From the NCBI GenBank assembly GCA_964016885.1, contig OZ024743.1, positions 76,260,001 to 76,324,000 on the forward strand: a stretch of 64,000 nt of DNA, written 5' to 3'. The notes under the pieces are model-generated. The model saw only the letters and a list, made by a program, of their open reading frames with translations, did not search any database and was not told the origin of the DNA. This document shows positions 22,395-37,110 of the stretch, piece by piece (the first letter of the stretch is position 1; every line of letters begins with the position of its first letter). The translations under genes and the position numbers were made by a program. This DNA is from Eledone cirrhosa (Eukaryota).

Positions 22395-24595
22395 ATAAAG
22401 GAGAATAAACCGTTAAAACATGTTTATTTAAAACAGCACCTACATACGTTTCGCCCGAAAAGGGCTTCTCAAAGGCATAAAAAACTAAAGAATCTTCTTT
22501 ACGTAACCCAGAAGGGGTTTTAAAGATAAATTGACATCACAGTTCATTCTTCGTAAAGCACATGTATTGTTTTTGCAGTAGAACAGGGGAGATAACTCTA
22601 GCCGGTGTTAGAGCAGTGTTCCCCAAGCTATTTGTTACCCGTTGCTATTTTGTGGGTACTGCTTTACCATTGTCGATTCACGCCGGGTCTGGGATGCATG
22701 GTTGGTTTCCAGATGTTTATTTGCAGCGCCTGCTCACCGGAGTGTTAATGTTTGGTGCAGGGGGACTCGGTTTATGGTTTTCATGCCTCATTTTTATTCC
22801 ATCTGAAGTAAGACATCTTTATACGGTGCCTACAGTTTATCACCGATTCTGCTCTGCTGTTGATGAGCTCAGGGGATGCTGTTATGATATGGTAAAGCTC
22901 CATGAGGTAAAGCTCGCACTTCCTCTTGAAACTGTACGGTGCTGCTCTGCCGACAATTTCCCAGTGTGTGGAGAAGCTGATGTTTGAGTTTTTTAATGGT
23001 GTGATGTAATTGGCGAGCGAAGTGGAGTGTCTTAGTTTTTTTGTTTGTGAAAGAGTGGAGATGTGTTCGAAATCTATTTTTGAACGGGCCAGAGGTAGCC
23101 GTTATATAATGCTTAACGCTATTATGGTGCACCTATAAATAACCTTATCAGTCAGGCAATTTCCCCTAAGGGAGCAGCGACCCCTGTCATGACAGTTGCA
23201 TTTTCGGTCGCAGTCACTTCTAGTTCCCAAAGTAAGGCTATTATTATTGCTATCTATGTTGTTACCTACGCCTCTATCCCTGTCGTTAGTACTATTATAT
23301 CCCACAGCGTGCGGAGTAGTACCATTATCACTCCTCACGCCGCAGCGCCTTCTGTTGTCGTCAGGTGACCCGTACGGGTCACCAGCATATTCCCCAGTCA
23401 TGTCACGGTTATGTTGGTTGTGTCTGTTATGGCTGTTGCCAGCACTATTGGGTGCTGCTAGGGAGACGTTAAGGCCATTATGGTAGCTGTCAGGTCTAGG
23501 TGTATCGGTGCTAGGGTGCTGTGTTTTGGTGATGTTACTGTGATTAGTTGTTCCTATGATGTCTGCTAGGTTAGGAGTAGTAGAGAAGGATATTTTAATA
23601 TTGTTCCTATTGAGGATTTTCCTATATTTATGGTTGGGTGGTAAGTTCTTCTCTAAGGCTTCGAAGAATATCCGGGGTACGTCGGAGGTCACACTCCGAG
23701 GGTAGGGAGGATGGAACCATAGGACATTATGGTGGCGGTTCCGTGTATTTGTAGGTTTGCTATGGGTTGGCTTTCTAGGTGACCGTTCTTATGTATGTTA
23801 TTGTGCTGTAGCCAATTATGTGTCCCTTTCGCTTTATTCTCGGGTGCACTCGGCTTCCTTCTGCTGCGTTTAAGTGTAACTAGACGCTGGTTGGAAGGCG
23901 TTGGTAGTAGGCCATCGCCATTGCTGATCTTATAGTAGGGGAATAATTCTAGTAGGCTACAGCGGTCACCTTCACCAGTGTCGTGATCCTTATTGTGCGG
24001 TAGGTTGTCTACACCATCACTAGTGTAATTAACGTCGCGGCCGTGTTACTTAGTGCGATTCTCTATACTATAGTTCCTGACTCTGTCTAAGCTGCTGCGT
24101 ACTCGGTTATAGGTATGGCTTACTATAACATTAGTCTTATGAGGGGGGGGGGGGGGTTCTGGAGGTAGCGTTAGGGATGTAAGAGATTCTTCGGTTAAAT
24201 CCGGCACTTAGCAAGGCCTTATTGTAGTATTCTGCCGCTTGGTTGAAGATATCCTCGTTGGCGGAAAGCTTCGAAATCCTATGTGAAATGCTATAAACTA
24301 TGGAGTTAAGAGTAGGCTTAGGGTGGTTTGAGGCATAATTAATATAGGATAGAATCTCTCCGGGCTTATGGTATGGCTTGTATAGGCCCGTACTCAACTC
24401 CAGGAAGTTGACAACCTGGTGGTTGAGGTCCATAGTTACGGATAGGCCGTATGACTTGAAGAACCTGTGTATGTACTTGTTAAGGTTCTCTATCCTGCGG
24501 GGGCTATGGTTTCTAACGGTAAACAGGGCGTCGTCCCTATATACACCTCCTTGTAGGACAGGTATCTCGTCCCTAAGTCTATGGAGGAGAGGAGG
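22395..24595 (-). mobile_element. Decayed, 5'-truncated Penelope-like retroelement (RT + Cys-rich linker + C-terminal GIY-YIG, Neptune-like) with 3' pseudo-LTR
   Basis: RT: GVYRDDAL and YKPYHKP..YINYASNHP. Linker: CNCHDRGRCSLRGNC. EN: VIYRC..HYITAT..FKNRFRTH and WEIVGRAAPY..CELYLME..LINSRAE..CRHR. Several frameshifts. Confidence 0.9.
22437..22478 (-). ncRNA. Variant hammerhead motif (UUGAGAA core) in the Penelope pseudo-LTR
   Basis: TTGAGAA-GCCC-TTTTC-GGGC-GAAA-CGTATG-TA-GG; weak stem I. Second copy at 27313-27350. Confidence 0.55.
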
Positions 24596-24773
24596 TATAT
24601 ATATATATATATATATATATGAGAAAATGAGGTGTGTTTTTTAAATGAAAAAAAAACGAGATGTTCTACACAGGTGAAAGTATAAAAAAAAGAAATCGAA
24701 AATACAACTGGAGTCTTTTTAGGAATATTTATGTTTCCTTTACTGGTTTCACGGTGATTTTCAAAATTAGAAC

Positions 24774-25004
<231 letters not shown>

Positions 25005-25103
25005 AGAGAGAGAGAGAGAAGTACGGCCATCTAAGTACAACATAATCTTTATGTGAGTACACCAATATTCTAAGACCTGGGAGTATGGTTTTAAAGTTGT
25101 ATT

Positions 25104-25166
<63 letters not shown>

Positions 25167-25327
25167 AATAAATACTAGTTTACTTCTCAATTGATATATC
25201 CTGTTACATATCGTTTAGAAATATATTATATTATTGATGCTCTGATTAGAAGTTTATTGAGTTTTTTTTACTGAGAAACATTATCGTTATATATTTTATA
25301 AGTATTGATTAAACCTAAAATTACTTT

Positions 25328-25395
<68 letters not shown>

Positions 25396-25483
25396 AATAT
25401 TAATGGTTTATTATTTCTTTGATACTTAATATGCAATACCTGTGATTGAAAACAAACTAACATGGTATCTTTTGTAGATTTCG

Positions 25484-25551
<68 letters not shown>

Positions 25552-25596
25552 TAAGTTTGAAGAACAGTCAGACAAATATATATATATATATATATA

Positions 25597-25798
25597 GGAA
25601 AAGAATCAAGACCCCGACGGCTGAGCTCCGACCGTTTCGACAGCTAGATCCGAATTCAGTTCAGATCTAGCGGTCGAAAGACCCGGAGCTCAGCCGTCGA
25701 GGTCCCGACTCTTTTCCTATTACCCACTCTACTACCTTAAGTATCGAGTACTCTGGTGCGTTATGGTCTACTTGGTTTCTTACCACACTTTCTTTGTT
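25597..25798 (+). repeat. Palindromic TA-embedded cassette (family P1)
   Basis: ~55-bp inverted arms plus extension ACCCACTCTACTACC..GAGTACTCTGGTGCGTTATGGTC. Confidence 0.85.
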
Positions 25799-25977
25799 AT
25801 ATATATATATAATTCCAATTGAATAAATATTATTTTGGGTGTCATTATAAGCTCTTCAACAGGAGGCAACTCTCGGATATTTACCAATTACATTAAATTG
25901 AATAATAGCCGAATTATTATATATATGTGTATTGAGTACCTTACTTACTGTGGTTACCCCTGATTGAAACTGGGACT

Positions 25978-26091
<114 letters not shown>

Positions 26092-26921
26092 ATATATATA
26101 TATATATATATGTAAGGTACTCAATATATTAGTAGAGTGTATACAAAAAGAATAATATAGAAGCGGCTTCTACAGGTCTAGAACTGTTTCATTCAGTTCT
26201 AGTCCTACCCCATTTCTCAGGCTCCAGCATCAAGCCTCCACCCCACCTAACCTATCTCCCAGGACCCATCATCAAGTCCCCACCTACCCCATTTCTCAAG
26301 CCCCTATATCCATACGACTTAAGATGTTGAGTAATATCTGTTTACCAAATTTCACACAGAAAAGAAAGAGAGCCGCGCAGAAAGATGGCAGCTGGGATTC
26401 ACGAGGTTGCGAAACGAAATGAGACAGCCATGGCTACTAATACGACAATTCCTCTTCCAGAATCTTCTCTGTAATCTATTAAAACTATTAATACTAAGAT
26501 TAATGTGCTAACAGGTATCTATTTTCCAATTGGTTATATACTTGTAACGATTAAAACGGCCGAGTGTGAGTCATGTAAAGAAACTTAATATGTAGTCGTA
26601 TGTGTTGTATTACTGTTGATAATATTGTCAATGATAATTTGACATGGTTGTTACAACAAAACTTCCTGCTAAGTCATTTCACTATTATCTAGGAACAAAT
26701 ACAAAAAAGGAAAGGAGAGAAAAGAAAAGGATGATTTCAACACAATTTGTGCACGTGTCAACATCTTCCTGGGTTAAATCTGTTTCGTTAATTTATTTCA
26801 TATCCACACATCTGTCTGAAAGTTTCCAACTGATTGCATCATCTTTCAACTGGAGCACTTTCACAGTTTTTATGTCTATCTTTAATCGGGTTTCTTTTTT
26901 GTCTTTCTCTCCGTCCCTCTA

Positions 26922-26971
<50 letters not shown>

Positions 26972-27018
26972 ACCCTCCCTCTCTCTCTTGCTTTCTCTCT
27001 CTCTCTCTCTCTCTTGCT

Positions 27019-27093
<75 letters not shown>

Positions 27094-27182
27094 TATATAT
27101 AGTATTTTTGGCAATACACTGTATGTTTCATTAAAAACATTTAGAAGACCATACGCGAAAGAGAGAGAAAGATATATATATA

Positions 27183-27249
<67 letters not shown>

Positions 27250-27251
<2 letters not shown>

Positions 27252-27567
27252 ACGTGGATTTAACCCCCAAAACTCTTTCCGAGCAATGTAAGGAACACTT
27301 TTGATTATTTATGCCCTTGAGAAGCCCAACTGGGCTAAACGTACGTAGGTGCTGTTTTAAATAAACATGTTTTAACGGTCTATTCTCCGATTTCTTACTT
27401 TCCCACGTGCTTACGCTCTGCTAACTCTCTAGCCCACTAAATATTAACACTTCGAATATTTAATACTGCCGGCATTAGCATCGAGCACCTTTAGCATACG
27501 CTACTTGGCAAATAACTATATGTATCACCTATCCTCCCCATTTTTTCTCTCTCTCGATACGTAAATA

Positions 27568-27570
<3 letters not shown>
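27250..27570 (+). mobile_element. Solo Penelope pseudo-LTR-like fragment between (TA)n tracts
   Basis: 27308-27390 is homologous to 22398-22482 (reverse), including the hammerhead-like motif (GAAA mutated to TAAA) and AATAAA. Confidence 0.7.
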
Positions 27571-27614
<44 letters not shown>

Positions 27615-27737
27615 AAAATGTTCAAGACCCCGACGGCTGAGCTCAAGCCGTTTCGACGGCTATTTCTGGCTATATATATATATATATATATATATAAGGA
27701 GGAGGTTATAGTTCACTTGAAGCATTGTGTAATGAGG

Positions 27738-28112
27738 TATAAACGTTTGAATATGTGTAATAAGGCCAAAACAATGCAGGTATGGACATAGAAAAAAGAA
27801 TGCAATAGTAAAAGAATTCGTCTTTCACCTTGAATTTATTTAAATGTCCTTAAATTTCGAGATAATATCTCTTCTTCGGAGGGAAATAAAGATCTCAAAC
27901 CAGATACTCTATACTATTTCCGGTCAGCATGGCTTGGCTAGAGATTTAAGACGCTGGTTTGAGATCTTTATTTCCCTCCGAAGAAGAGATATTATCTCGA
28001 AAATTAAGGACATTTAAATAAATTCAAGGTGAAAGACGAATTCTTTTACTATTGCATTCTTTTTTCTATGTCCATATCTGCATTGTTTTGGCCTTATTAC
28101 ACATATTCAAAC

Positions 28113-28119
<7 letters not shown>
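27738..28119. repeat. 166-bp near-perfect inverted repeat with 50-bp spacer
   Basis: Arms 27738-27903 and 27954-28119 with about 2 mismatches. Each arm carries CCGAAGA-A-GAGAT-ATT-ATCTC-GAAA. Confidence 0.95.
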
Positions 28120-28164
<45 letters not shown>

Positions 28165-28169
<5 letters not shown>

Positions 28170-28348
28170 TATAGAAAAGCTTCTACAAGACTAGAACTGT
28201 TTCATTTGTGAGAAATCATCAGGAAGCTGACTCTGAAGGAAACAATTCTAGTCCTGTAGAAGCTTTTCTATATTAAAACATTATACTCTGCTATGTATTG
28301 AGTACCTTACTTACTGTGGTTACCCCCGATTGATCCCGGAATAACTTA
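28165..28348. repeat. Inverted-arm TA-embedded cassette (family P2) with a degenerate hammerhead in the spacer
   Basis: Arms TTAATATAGAAAAGCTTCTACA..CTAGAA. Spacer minus strand reads CTGATGA-tttctcacaaat-GAAAC. Extension is shared with 5200-5265, 25925-25975 and 26112-26200. Confidence 0.75.
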
Positions 28349-28654
28349 TCTTATATATATATATATATATATATATATGTTTCTCTCTTTTCTCTCTCTC
28401 CTTCCCTCTCTCCACTATCTCTCTCTTTCTCTCTGTATGTACAGTCTACCAGTTTATCCTACTATGTTCACATCCCCCCAAGGGTCAGAGTCAATATTTG
28501 CCATATTTTGGCCCTCTTACATTCTTGCTAACATAGAATATACTTCCATCATATTATCCAACATGGCAGAACTGGTATTTACTGAAACAACCCAATTTAT
28601 TGATTGGGGTTTTTCTGTCTCTTCGTTCACTATTTTTTTGCTGGCCTAAAATAG

Positions 28655-28931
28655 AGATTATTATTATTATTTTTATTCTTTGAGTCTCAGTCATTGATGT
28701 TATTTAACTGGAAAGTATGTTGAAATGAATATCAAGCCGCTACCTGCAGCCTCAGATATTCAGGACATTTCGGAGGGTTCTTGCTGTTTCCAGCAAGCAT
28801 GCCTTTTGAAGTGTTCCAAAAAGCGGAACTGGACTAAACTTCTTTAACCATCCTTGGAAACTGTTTGAGATAGTACCTAGTGCGCCTATGACAATCGGGA
28901 CGACCTTGACTTCCTGGCAGTTCCAAATCCT
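28655..28931 (-). mobile_element. R4/Dong LINE 3' end
   Basis: Translates IWNCQEVKVVPIVIGALGTIS...LQKACLLETARTL. Homologous to 62840-63090. (TAA)n tail. Confidence 0.85.
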
Positions 28932-28932
28932 T

Positions 28933-29490
28933 TATTATTGCTGACTTGTGGAGCTATGTCCAACAGTTGCTGTCGCCTGTAGGACTGATCCGGTTGTCGG
29001 CTGAGTCCATTGTGCAGATGGTCTCGCCGTCTTCCTTCGAGGAGGAAGGGCAGGCGGTTTTCATCTGTCTGGTGGCCATGGCGAAAGAGATTGTGTGGTG
29101 GACAAGGTTAAAGGGTTAAAGACAGACACTTTCCTCTTCGGCGAATCCCTAATTAACTTTTTCAAGTTTCACTTGAAGAGGAAAATCAGGGTGGAGAGGC
29201 AAGTGCTGCCTTCTAGCAAGTTTGTTGAAAGGTAGGTGAATGCAGCGAGATGGTCCGAGTGAACGGGACCACTCTGAATATACGTCTGTAGTTTGAGAGA
29301 TGGAAAAATTGAGAGAGGGCGCTTGCCCTGGTGGTCAGGGTGGCCGTGGTCTTTTGTGTGGTTTTCGCCACGAGTAACCCTCGGAGGCTTCCCCTCTATT
29401 GGGGAATTTTTCATTGTTTCAATTTTCATTTTTATTGTTTATATATATATATGTTTTTATGTCCTTTTTTTTTTCTTTTCTTATATAAAT
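28933..29490 (+). mobile_element. Probable L1/Tx1-like LINE 3' fragment
   Basis: Translates LWSYVQQLL...CLVAMAKEIVWWTR...FHLKRKIRVERQ...FVER*, followed by a T-rich 3'UTR. Confidence 0.55.
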
Positions 29491-29727
29491 AATTGTTTCT
29501 ACTTTTGGCACAAGACCAGTACATTACTGGTACTTTATTTTATCGACCCCGTAAGGATGAAAGGCAAAGTTAACCTCGACGGGATTTGAACTCAGACCGT
29601 AAAGGGACGTAACTATGTAAATAATAAAAATATTTACACGCACAAAGCCCACATCGTACCGTCCTGTACCGTCCTGTGCCGTCTGTAATGTTTTTCTTGA
29701 TGTCAGCCCTTGTGGCCAATAAAGAAA

Positions 29728-29767
<40 letters not shown>

Positions 29768-30180
29768 TATTATTATTATTATTATTATTATGTCAGCCTT
29801 TTCAGCATAGAGTTACGGCCCTTTACGGTCTGAGTTCAAATCCCGCCGAGGTCAGCTTTGCCTTTCATCCTTACGGGGTGGATAAAATAAAGTACCAGTC
29901 ACGCACTGCGGTCTATTTAATCGACTTTCCCCTCCCCTAAAATTGCTGGCATTGTGCCTATATAAGAAACCATTATAGGAATTATTGGGGTAGGTGGATT
30001 GGCAGTGTCGGTGGAAGGTCGGACGCCTTGTTTTGATCGCATAGAGTTACGGCCCTTGCCATTCTGTGTTCAAATCCCGCTGAGGTTAACTTTGCCTTTC
30101 ATCCTTACAGGGTCGATAAAATAAGGTACCAGTAATGCACTGGGTTATTGCTGGCCTTGTGCCAAAAGTAGAAACAATTA
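29490..30180. mobile_element. Cluster of three family-1 SINE copies (29490-29615 minus; 29805-29975 and 29988-30180 plus) with a LINE-like (TTA)n tail at 29640-29790
   Basis: B boxes GAGTTCAAATCCCG and cores GATAAAATAAAGTACCAGT. Confidence 0.85.
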
Positions 30181-30201
30181 TTATAGGGGTTATTTTCCCG
30201 G

Positions 30202-30245
<44 letters not shown>

Positions 30246-30354
30246 CCGGGAATAATAGGATATAAGTATTGTTGGATAGGAGGAAGCAGAGAGATACAGA
30301 GAGGTGCGATACAGATTACTAAATGCCAATGTATATATATATATATATATATAT

Positions 30355-30640
<286 letters not shown>

Positions 30641-31014
30641 ATAGACAGACAGATAGATAGATAGATACATAGATATATCTAACAGTCCATCTTCATCACA
30701 CATTGTTCGACCTAAATGTTGAAAGTATAATTATATACAGTTTTACCCTAACCATGTAATTTCACGTATATACAACGTTCCAGTTGTAAAATATAACAGG
30801 ACAGTGTTTCACTATCTTGCTAGGCACTGAGACAGGAGTAGATCAGCAGTACTGTCAGTAGGGATCGAAACTGTGCTGTAGGCGTTCATTTTTACACTCT
30901 ATAACCATGGTGTGTTTATATCTGTTGTCAACTTTGCTATATATATATAAGTGCTCTACCAACTTCGGATATAAACTTCCGGTTTCTTTCCACTATATAT
31001 ATATATATAGCTTA

Positions 31015-31052
31015 CGAGCTGACGATCCGCTAAGGTGAAACAATTGTTCTCG
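31015..31052 (+). ncRNA. Type-I minimal hammerhead ribozyme motif
   Basis: CGAG-CTGACGA-T-CC-GCTAA-GG-T-GAAA-CAATTG-TT-CTCG, in a ~75-bp island between (TA)n tracts. Confidence 0.75.
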
Positions 31053-31084
31053 GTATGGTGAACTAACTGTTGTGTAACCACTTC

Positions 31085-31129
<45 letters not shown>

Positions 31130-31374
31130 TAGTATGCTTTTGTGTGTGAGTGTGCGTGTTTTTTTGTGTGTATGTTTGCATGTGTAGTTTTATTTTATTT
31201 TTCCTTTCCTTCTTCCTTCTCCAGCCTCACTTTCATATAGATTGCATTTTTGTTTTTAAAATCCAAATTCAATAGACAGACCAGGATTTTTTCATTCTGA
31301 GGATTGAAAGCAAAATCTTTTGCTTTTAAGAAACCACTGGTAAATGGAATAATTGCCTTATGTTGTTTATTACA

Positions 31375-31492
<118 letters not shown>

Positions 31493-31550
31493 TTTATTAA
31501 AGTTTAAGCAAAGAATCGCTGCTTTCACCCTTAACGGGATCTTCTGAAAG

Positions 31551-31621
<71 letters not shown>

Positions 31622-31703
31622 TAGGGTTTAAAATATATATAACTATAAAAGGTTTTACTGTATACATAACCATAAATAGTATCCTTAATACTATATGTAT
31701 ATA

Positions 31704-31765
<62 letters not shown>

Positions 31766-31884
31766 AATATGGGGAGAAGAATACTGCATGGTTGCACATG
31801 GATAACATGTTATAAAATGAATCCCTCATCAGTGATTTCCCAACGGTCATTGGTATTTCATTGCATTAAATATATAATATATAT

Positions 31885-31948
<64 letters not shown>

Positions 31949-32042
31949 TGTGTCTGTTGCTAACTGAATACGCACGTGTGTTCTTTTCTCCTTTTCGTCC
32001 GTCCTTCCTCTTCTCACTCGTTATCTTTTATTTCTAATTCAA

Positions 32043-32078
32043 TCTTCTGATGAAGGACTAGTTTCCAAAACATTAAGA
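32043..32078 (+). ncRNA. Degenerate hammerhead motif
   Basis: TCTT-CTGATGA-A-GGA-CTAGTT-TCC-AAAA(C)-ATT-AAGA; GAAA apparently mutated. Confidence 0.45.
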
Positions 32079-32161
32079 CTCTCTTCTCTCTTCTTGTTTT
32101 TTCACGCTTTAAACTAATATATCTTTTGAATGTACTGTGTCGTTTGCTTTGTTAATTCTGT

Positions 32162-32321
<160 letters not shown>

Positions 32322-32409
32322 TATATAGGTATATATATATATGCATACATATATATATTTTTATATATATATATATATATATACATATATATATACATAT
32401 ATATATATT

Positions 32410-32786
32410 CCATCAGCTTAGCCCAAATGATGTTGGAATCACCTTAGGCCCCGTGCTATCCGCCCACGACAAAAATCCCACTCGCATCACATAACAACAA
32501 TACGGCACAATTATTTCACCTCAATTGGCCCTGCACTCTTTAACATTACACCAAGACACATCAAAGCAGAGACAGATCCCATCAAGTTCAAGAAGTCTTT
32601 GGATAAATTCCTTCAAGAAATCCCGGATAAGCCTCCTACACCCGGATATGCCTCCGTAAACAATAACTCTCTGCCCGAGTGGGCCATGGTGCCCAAACAC
32701 TGATTTGTAAGACTTCGCCAGGTGGTGCTATTAAGTTAGACATGGCCTGGGCCAATACTGGCCGAAACCTATCAAAGTTATCAAAG

Positions 32787-32790
<4 letters not shown>
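32410..32790 (+). mobile_element. CR1-like LINE 3' end
   Basis: Translates YFTSIGPALFNITPRHIK..FKKSLDKFLQEIPDKP. Tail (TATCAAAGT)2. Confidence 0.8.
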
Positions 32791-32829
<39 letters not shown>

Positions 32830-32830
<1 letters not shown>

Positions 32831-33387
32831 CACGGAGCTTGAGGCAATCCAATGAAGCTACACCAAGAGGATTGCCACGATGAAGGAGATAAGCTACTGG
32901 GAGAGGCTAAAAGAACTGAAACTCTACTCCTTGGAACGAAGACGGGAGAGATACGCAGTGATCTACATGTGGAAAATCCTGGAGGGACTAGCACCAAAGT
33001 CTGGCATTGGGAGCTGGATCAACCGTTGAACAGGACTTCACTGTGCTGTGCCAAAGATCCCGTCATCCACTTCTAGAATAAGGAGCAGATATTGCAATAG
33101 CCTAGGATTCAAGGGCCCTCAACTCTTCAACAAGCTGCCGAGGGATCTGAGAGATCTGCATGGTGTGGATACAGATGTCTTCAAGAAATACCTCGACACC
33201 TTGCTATCCAGGATCCCGGATGAGCCCACAAAAAGGCACGAGGGAAACCTAAGGGCAGTAGCAACGAACTCCCTCTTGCACCAGTGGCCAACCAATACAG
33301 GCTGGAGATAAGATGTGTAGCAACAAGGGCGGTGCCCCAGCATGGCCTCAGCCGGATGGCTGGAACAGGTAAAAGAGTAAAAGAGTA
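32830..33387 (+). mobile_element. CR1-like LINE 3' end (second family)
   Basis: Translates YWERLKELKLYSLERRRERY..WKILEG...[29 protein letters not shown]. Tail (GTAAAAGA)n. Confidence 0.85.
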
Positions 33388-33408
33388 CATATATATATAT
33401 ATACACAC

Positions 33409-33457
<49 letters not shown>

Positions 33458-33500
33458 CACACACATCTATATATATATATACATATATATATATATACAC

Positions 33501-33557
<57 letters not shown>

Positions 33558-33562
33558 GATAT

Positions 33563-33614
<52 letters not shown>

Positions 33615-34139
33615 CGGCGATGAATTAGTTTTGCGAGGTTTTTTATATGAAATCGTGTGTCGAAACAGATATTGCTAGACAACATCATGACGGTAACATA
33701 GACAACATAGAATAATATCTAAACATAGGAATGACCCAGCAGATAGGCAAATCAGAGAGGCCAGTGAAATAGAAATTAGAAGACCAAAGCTAAACAGAAA
33801 GAATGAGTGGAACAACAACAACACCCAAACAAACAACACTGACCTAAGAGAAGTATAAATAAATAAGTAAATTAAATTAAATAAAATAAGATAAATAAAT
33901 ACATACACAAGCACATAAACACACACTAGTCACCCAGCAGACAACACTATACACACTAGTCACACATCACACATCACACATAACACTATACACACACGCA
34001 AACGCATGCGCAAAGAAGACAAAATAAAATAAGATAAACAAACAAGCAAATAAATAAATAAATATATAGACAGACTGAACAAAAAAAATGGCGTAGACAT
34101 ACAACACAACAGGAGGAACAATGAATATAACACCACTGA

Positions 34140-34375
34140 CGATGTTGCAGATGTGCAACGAAAGATTTATGTAAACTATATATATATGTGTTTGTCTATA
34201 TTGTATCTGTATTATTTTTGACCGCCGGTCAGTCAATGGCAACATTGAGGACCGAGTAAGTTAGATCGCAGATATATATATATAAAAGACAGCGAGAAGC
34301 GAAAACCAACCAAACAGTGAGTGTGTTCTGTTATTAATTCTGGCAATATTACGCAAATATGACCCTCCCCAAATA
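34140..34375 (-). repeat. Unclassified TA-associated interspersed repeat (also 33626-33675, 42731-43012, 46915-47008)
   Basis: Shared block CTAACTTACTCGGTCCTCAATGTTGCCATTGACTGACCG.CGGTCAAAAATAATACAGATACAATATAGAC. Confidence 0.75.
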
Positions 34376-34425
34376 TAAAAATATATATATATATATATAT
34401 ATATATAGATATAGATATATACACG

Positions 34426-34469
<44 letters not shown>

Positions 34470-34566
34470 CGCACGGGCACACAGGAACGCACATGTTATA
34501 TTGTGCATAGTTAATCTAGTGTATATGATGTGATATCTCTTCGTGTGTATAGGTGCGTGAACACGT

Positions 34567-34620
<54 letters not shown>

Positions 34621-35159
34621 CTGTGTGAGGTAGTGAGTGAATGAGTGTAATGGTGCATAATGTGATTGATAAGTGATAGGCCCCAGCTGTAATATAACTG
34701 CTATACAGACAATATGTGACATGTAAAGCGATAGTATATAATTGTTGTGTTACATATATTACGTACAAATGATATGCAAGTGATTTTTGCACCTGTGTAT
34801 AATGTACGTAGGTAATTTGGAAACATATTTACCTGAGATTAAACTATCCTGATTTATTATTTGTTTCTTTTATTTTGTTTGTTGGTCACGACTTGACATT
34901 TGTCTCAAGGTTGAACACAATCAGAGTACACATACACACACATACACACACATACACACACATAGACAAATACATATACACACACACAGAGGCATACACA
35001 TACATATATACACAGGCATACACATACATACATACATACATACATACATACATACATACATACATACATACATACATACATACATACATACACACACACA
35101 GACATGCACATGTACACACACATACGCATGTACACATAAATAATAAATATGTATATATA

Positions 35160-36288
<1,129 letters not shown>

Positions 36289-36526
36289 TATATATATATA
36301 TATAATAAAATAAAACAAGGACGAGTGGTTACTCCTTCATTACGTTTATTGGTTGGTGACGCGCGTTTCGCCACTGATCAGCTCAAGTTTCGATCTGTAT
36401 CGATCTATCCCGACTCTGTAAACCACGGCTCGTATATATATATATATATCGACATTCGATCGACTTTCGTCAAATCGGACCGAGGAAACAATGTTTCCAT
36501 TCGTCTTTCCAATTGCTAATACTATC

Positions 36527-37110
36527 TCGCAAGATCCTCAGATACGTCTTGATTCTTTGAAGCAGAGTTTCCAAGTGTCCAGTAACTCACGCGGCCTTCG
36601 CTCACCAGTTTGAATCCTGTTGTCTGTCGATGAGTGGTCAAGAATTGTACACGTCATCGGTATCTTTCACCACTCATGGCCGTCATTTATCTGGTTCCTT
36701 TCATATGCCACCTGTCAATTAAATTTGCTTCTTACATCGGAATTACTACTGTAGGAGGTAAGGCGTTGTATGATTGAAACGCTGGCGCCCTGTCGCAGCC
36801 TTCTCGGCTCGTAGGCGCCCAGACCCATATCCATCTTTCGCGCAGGCGTGATACATATGGGCACGTATACACCCACAACAATCACATACATAGCTACAAC
36901 TGTATTATATGCGATAATCACAGTAAATATTAAATGTGCAGCGAATACTTAGAAAGAATTTTTTTTAAATGGAAAAACATTTCAAAAGATTCTTGACCAC
37001 TCATCGACAGACAACAACAGGATTCAAGCTGGCGAGCGAAGGCCGCGGGAGTAACTGGACATTTGGAAACTCTGCTTCGAAGAATCGAGACGTATCTGAG
37101 GATTTTGCGA
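36527..37110. repeat. ~120-bp inverted repeats (36527-36645 / 36989-37110) around a ~340-bp spacer
   Basis: ...CTGTCGATGAGTGGTCAAGAAT / ATTCTTGACCACTCATCGACAG...; several mismatches. Confidence 0.85.

Noticed and set aside
26360-26425. GSWDSRGC peptide resembling a GPS/GAIN motif
   Set aside because: A stop follows three codons later and no other domain residues are present.
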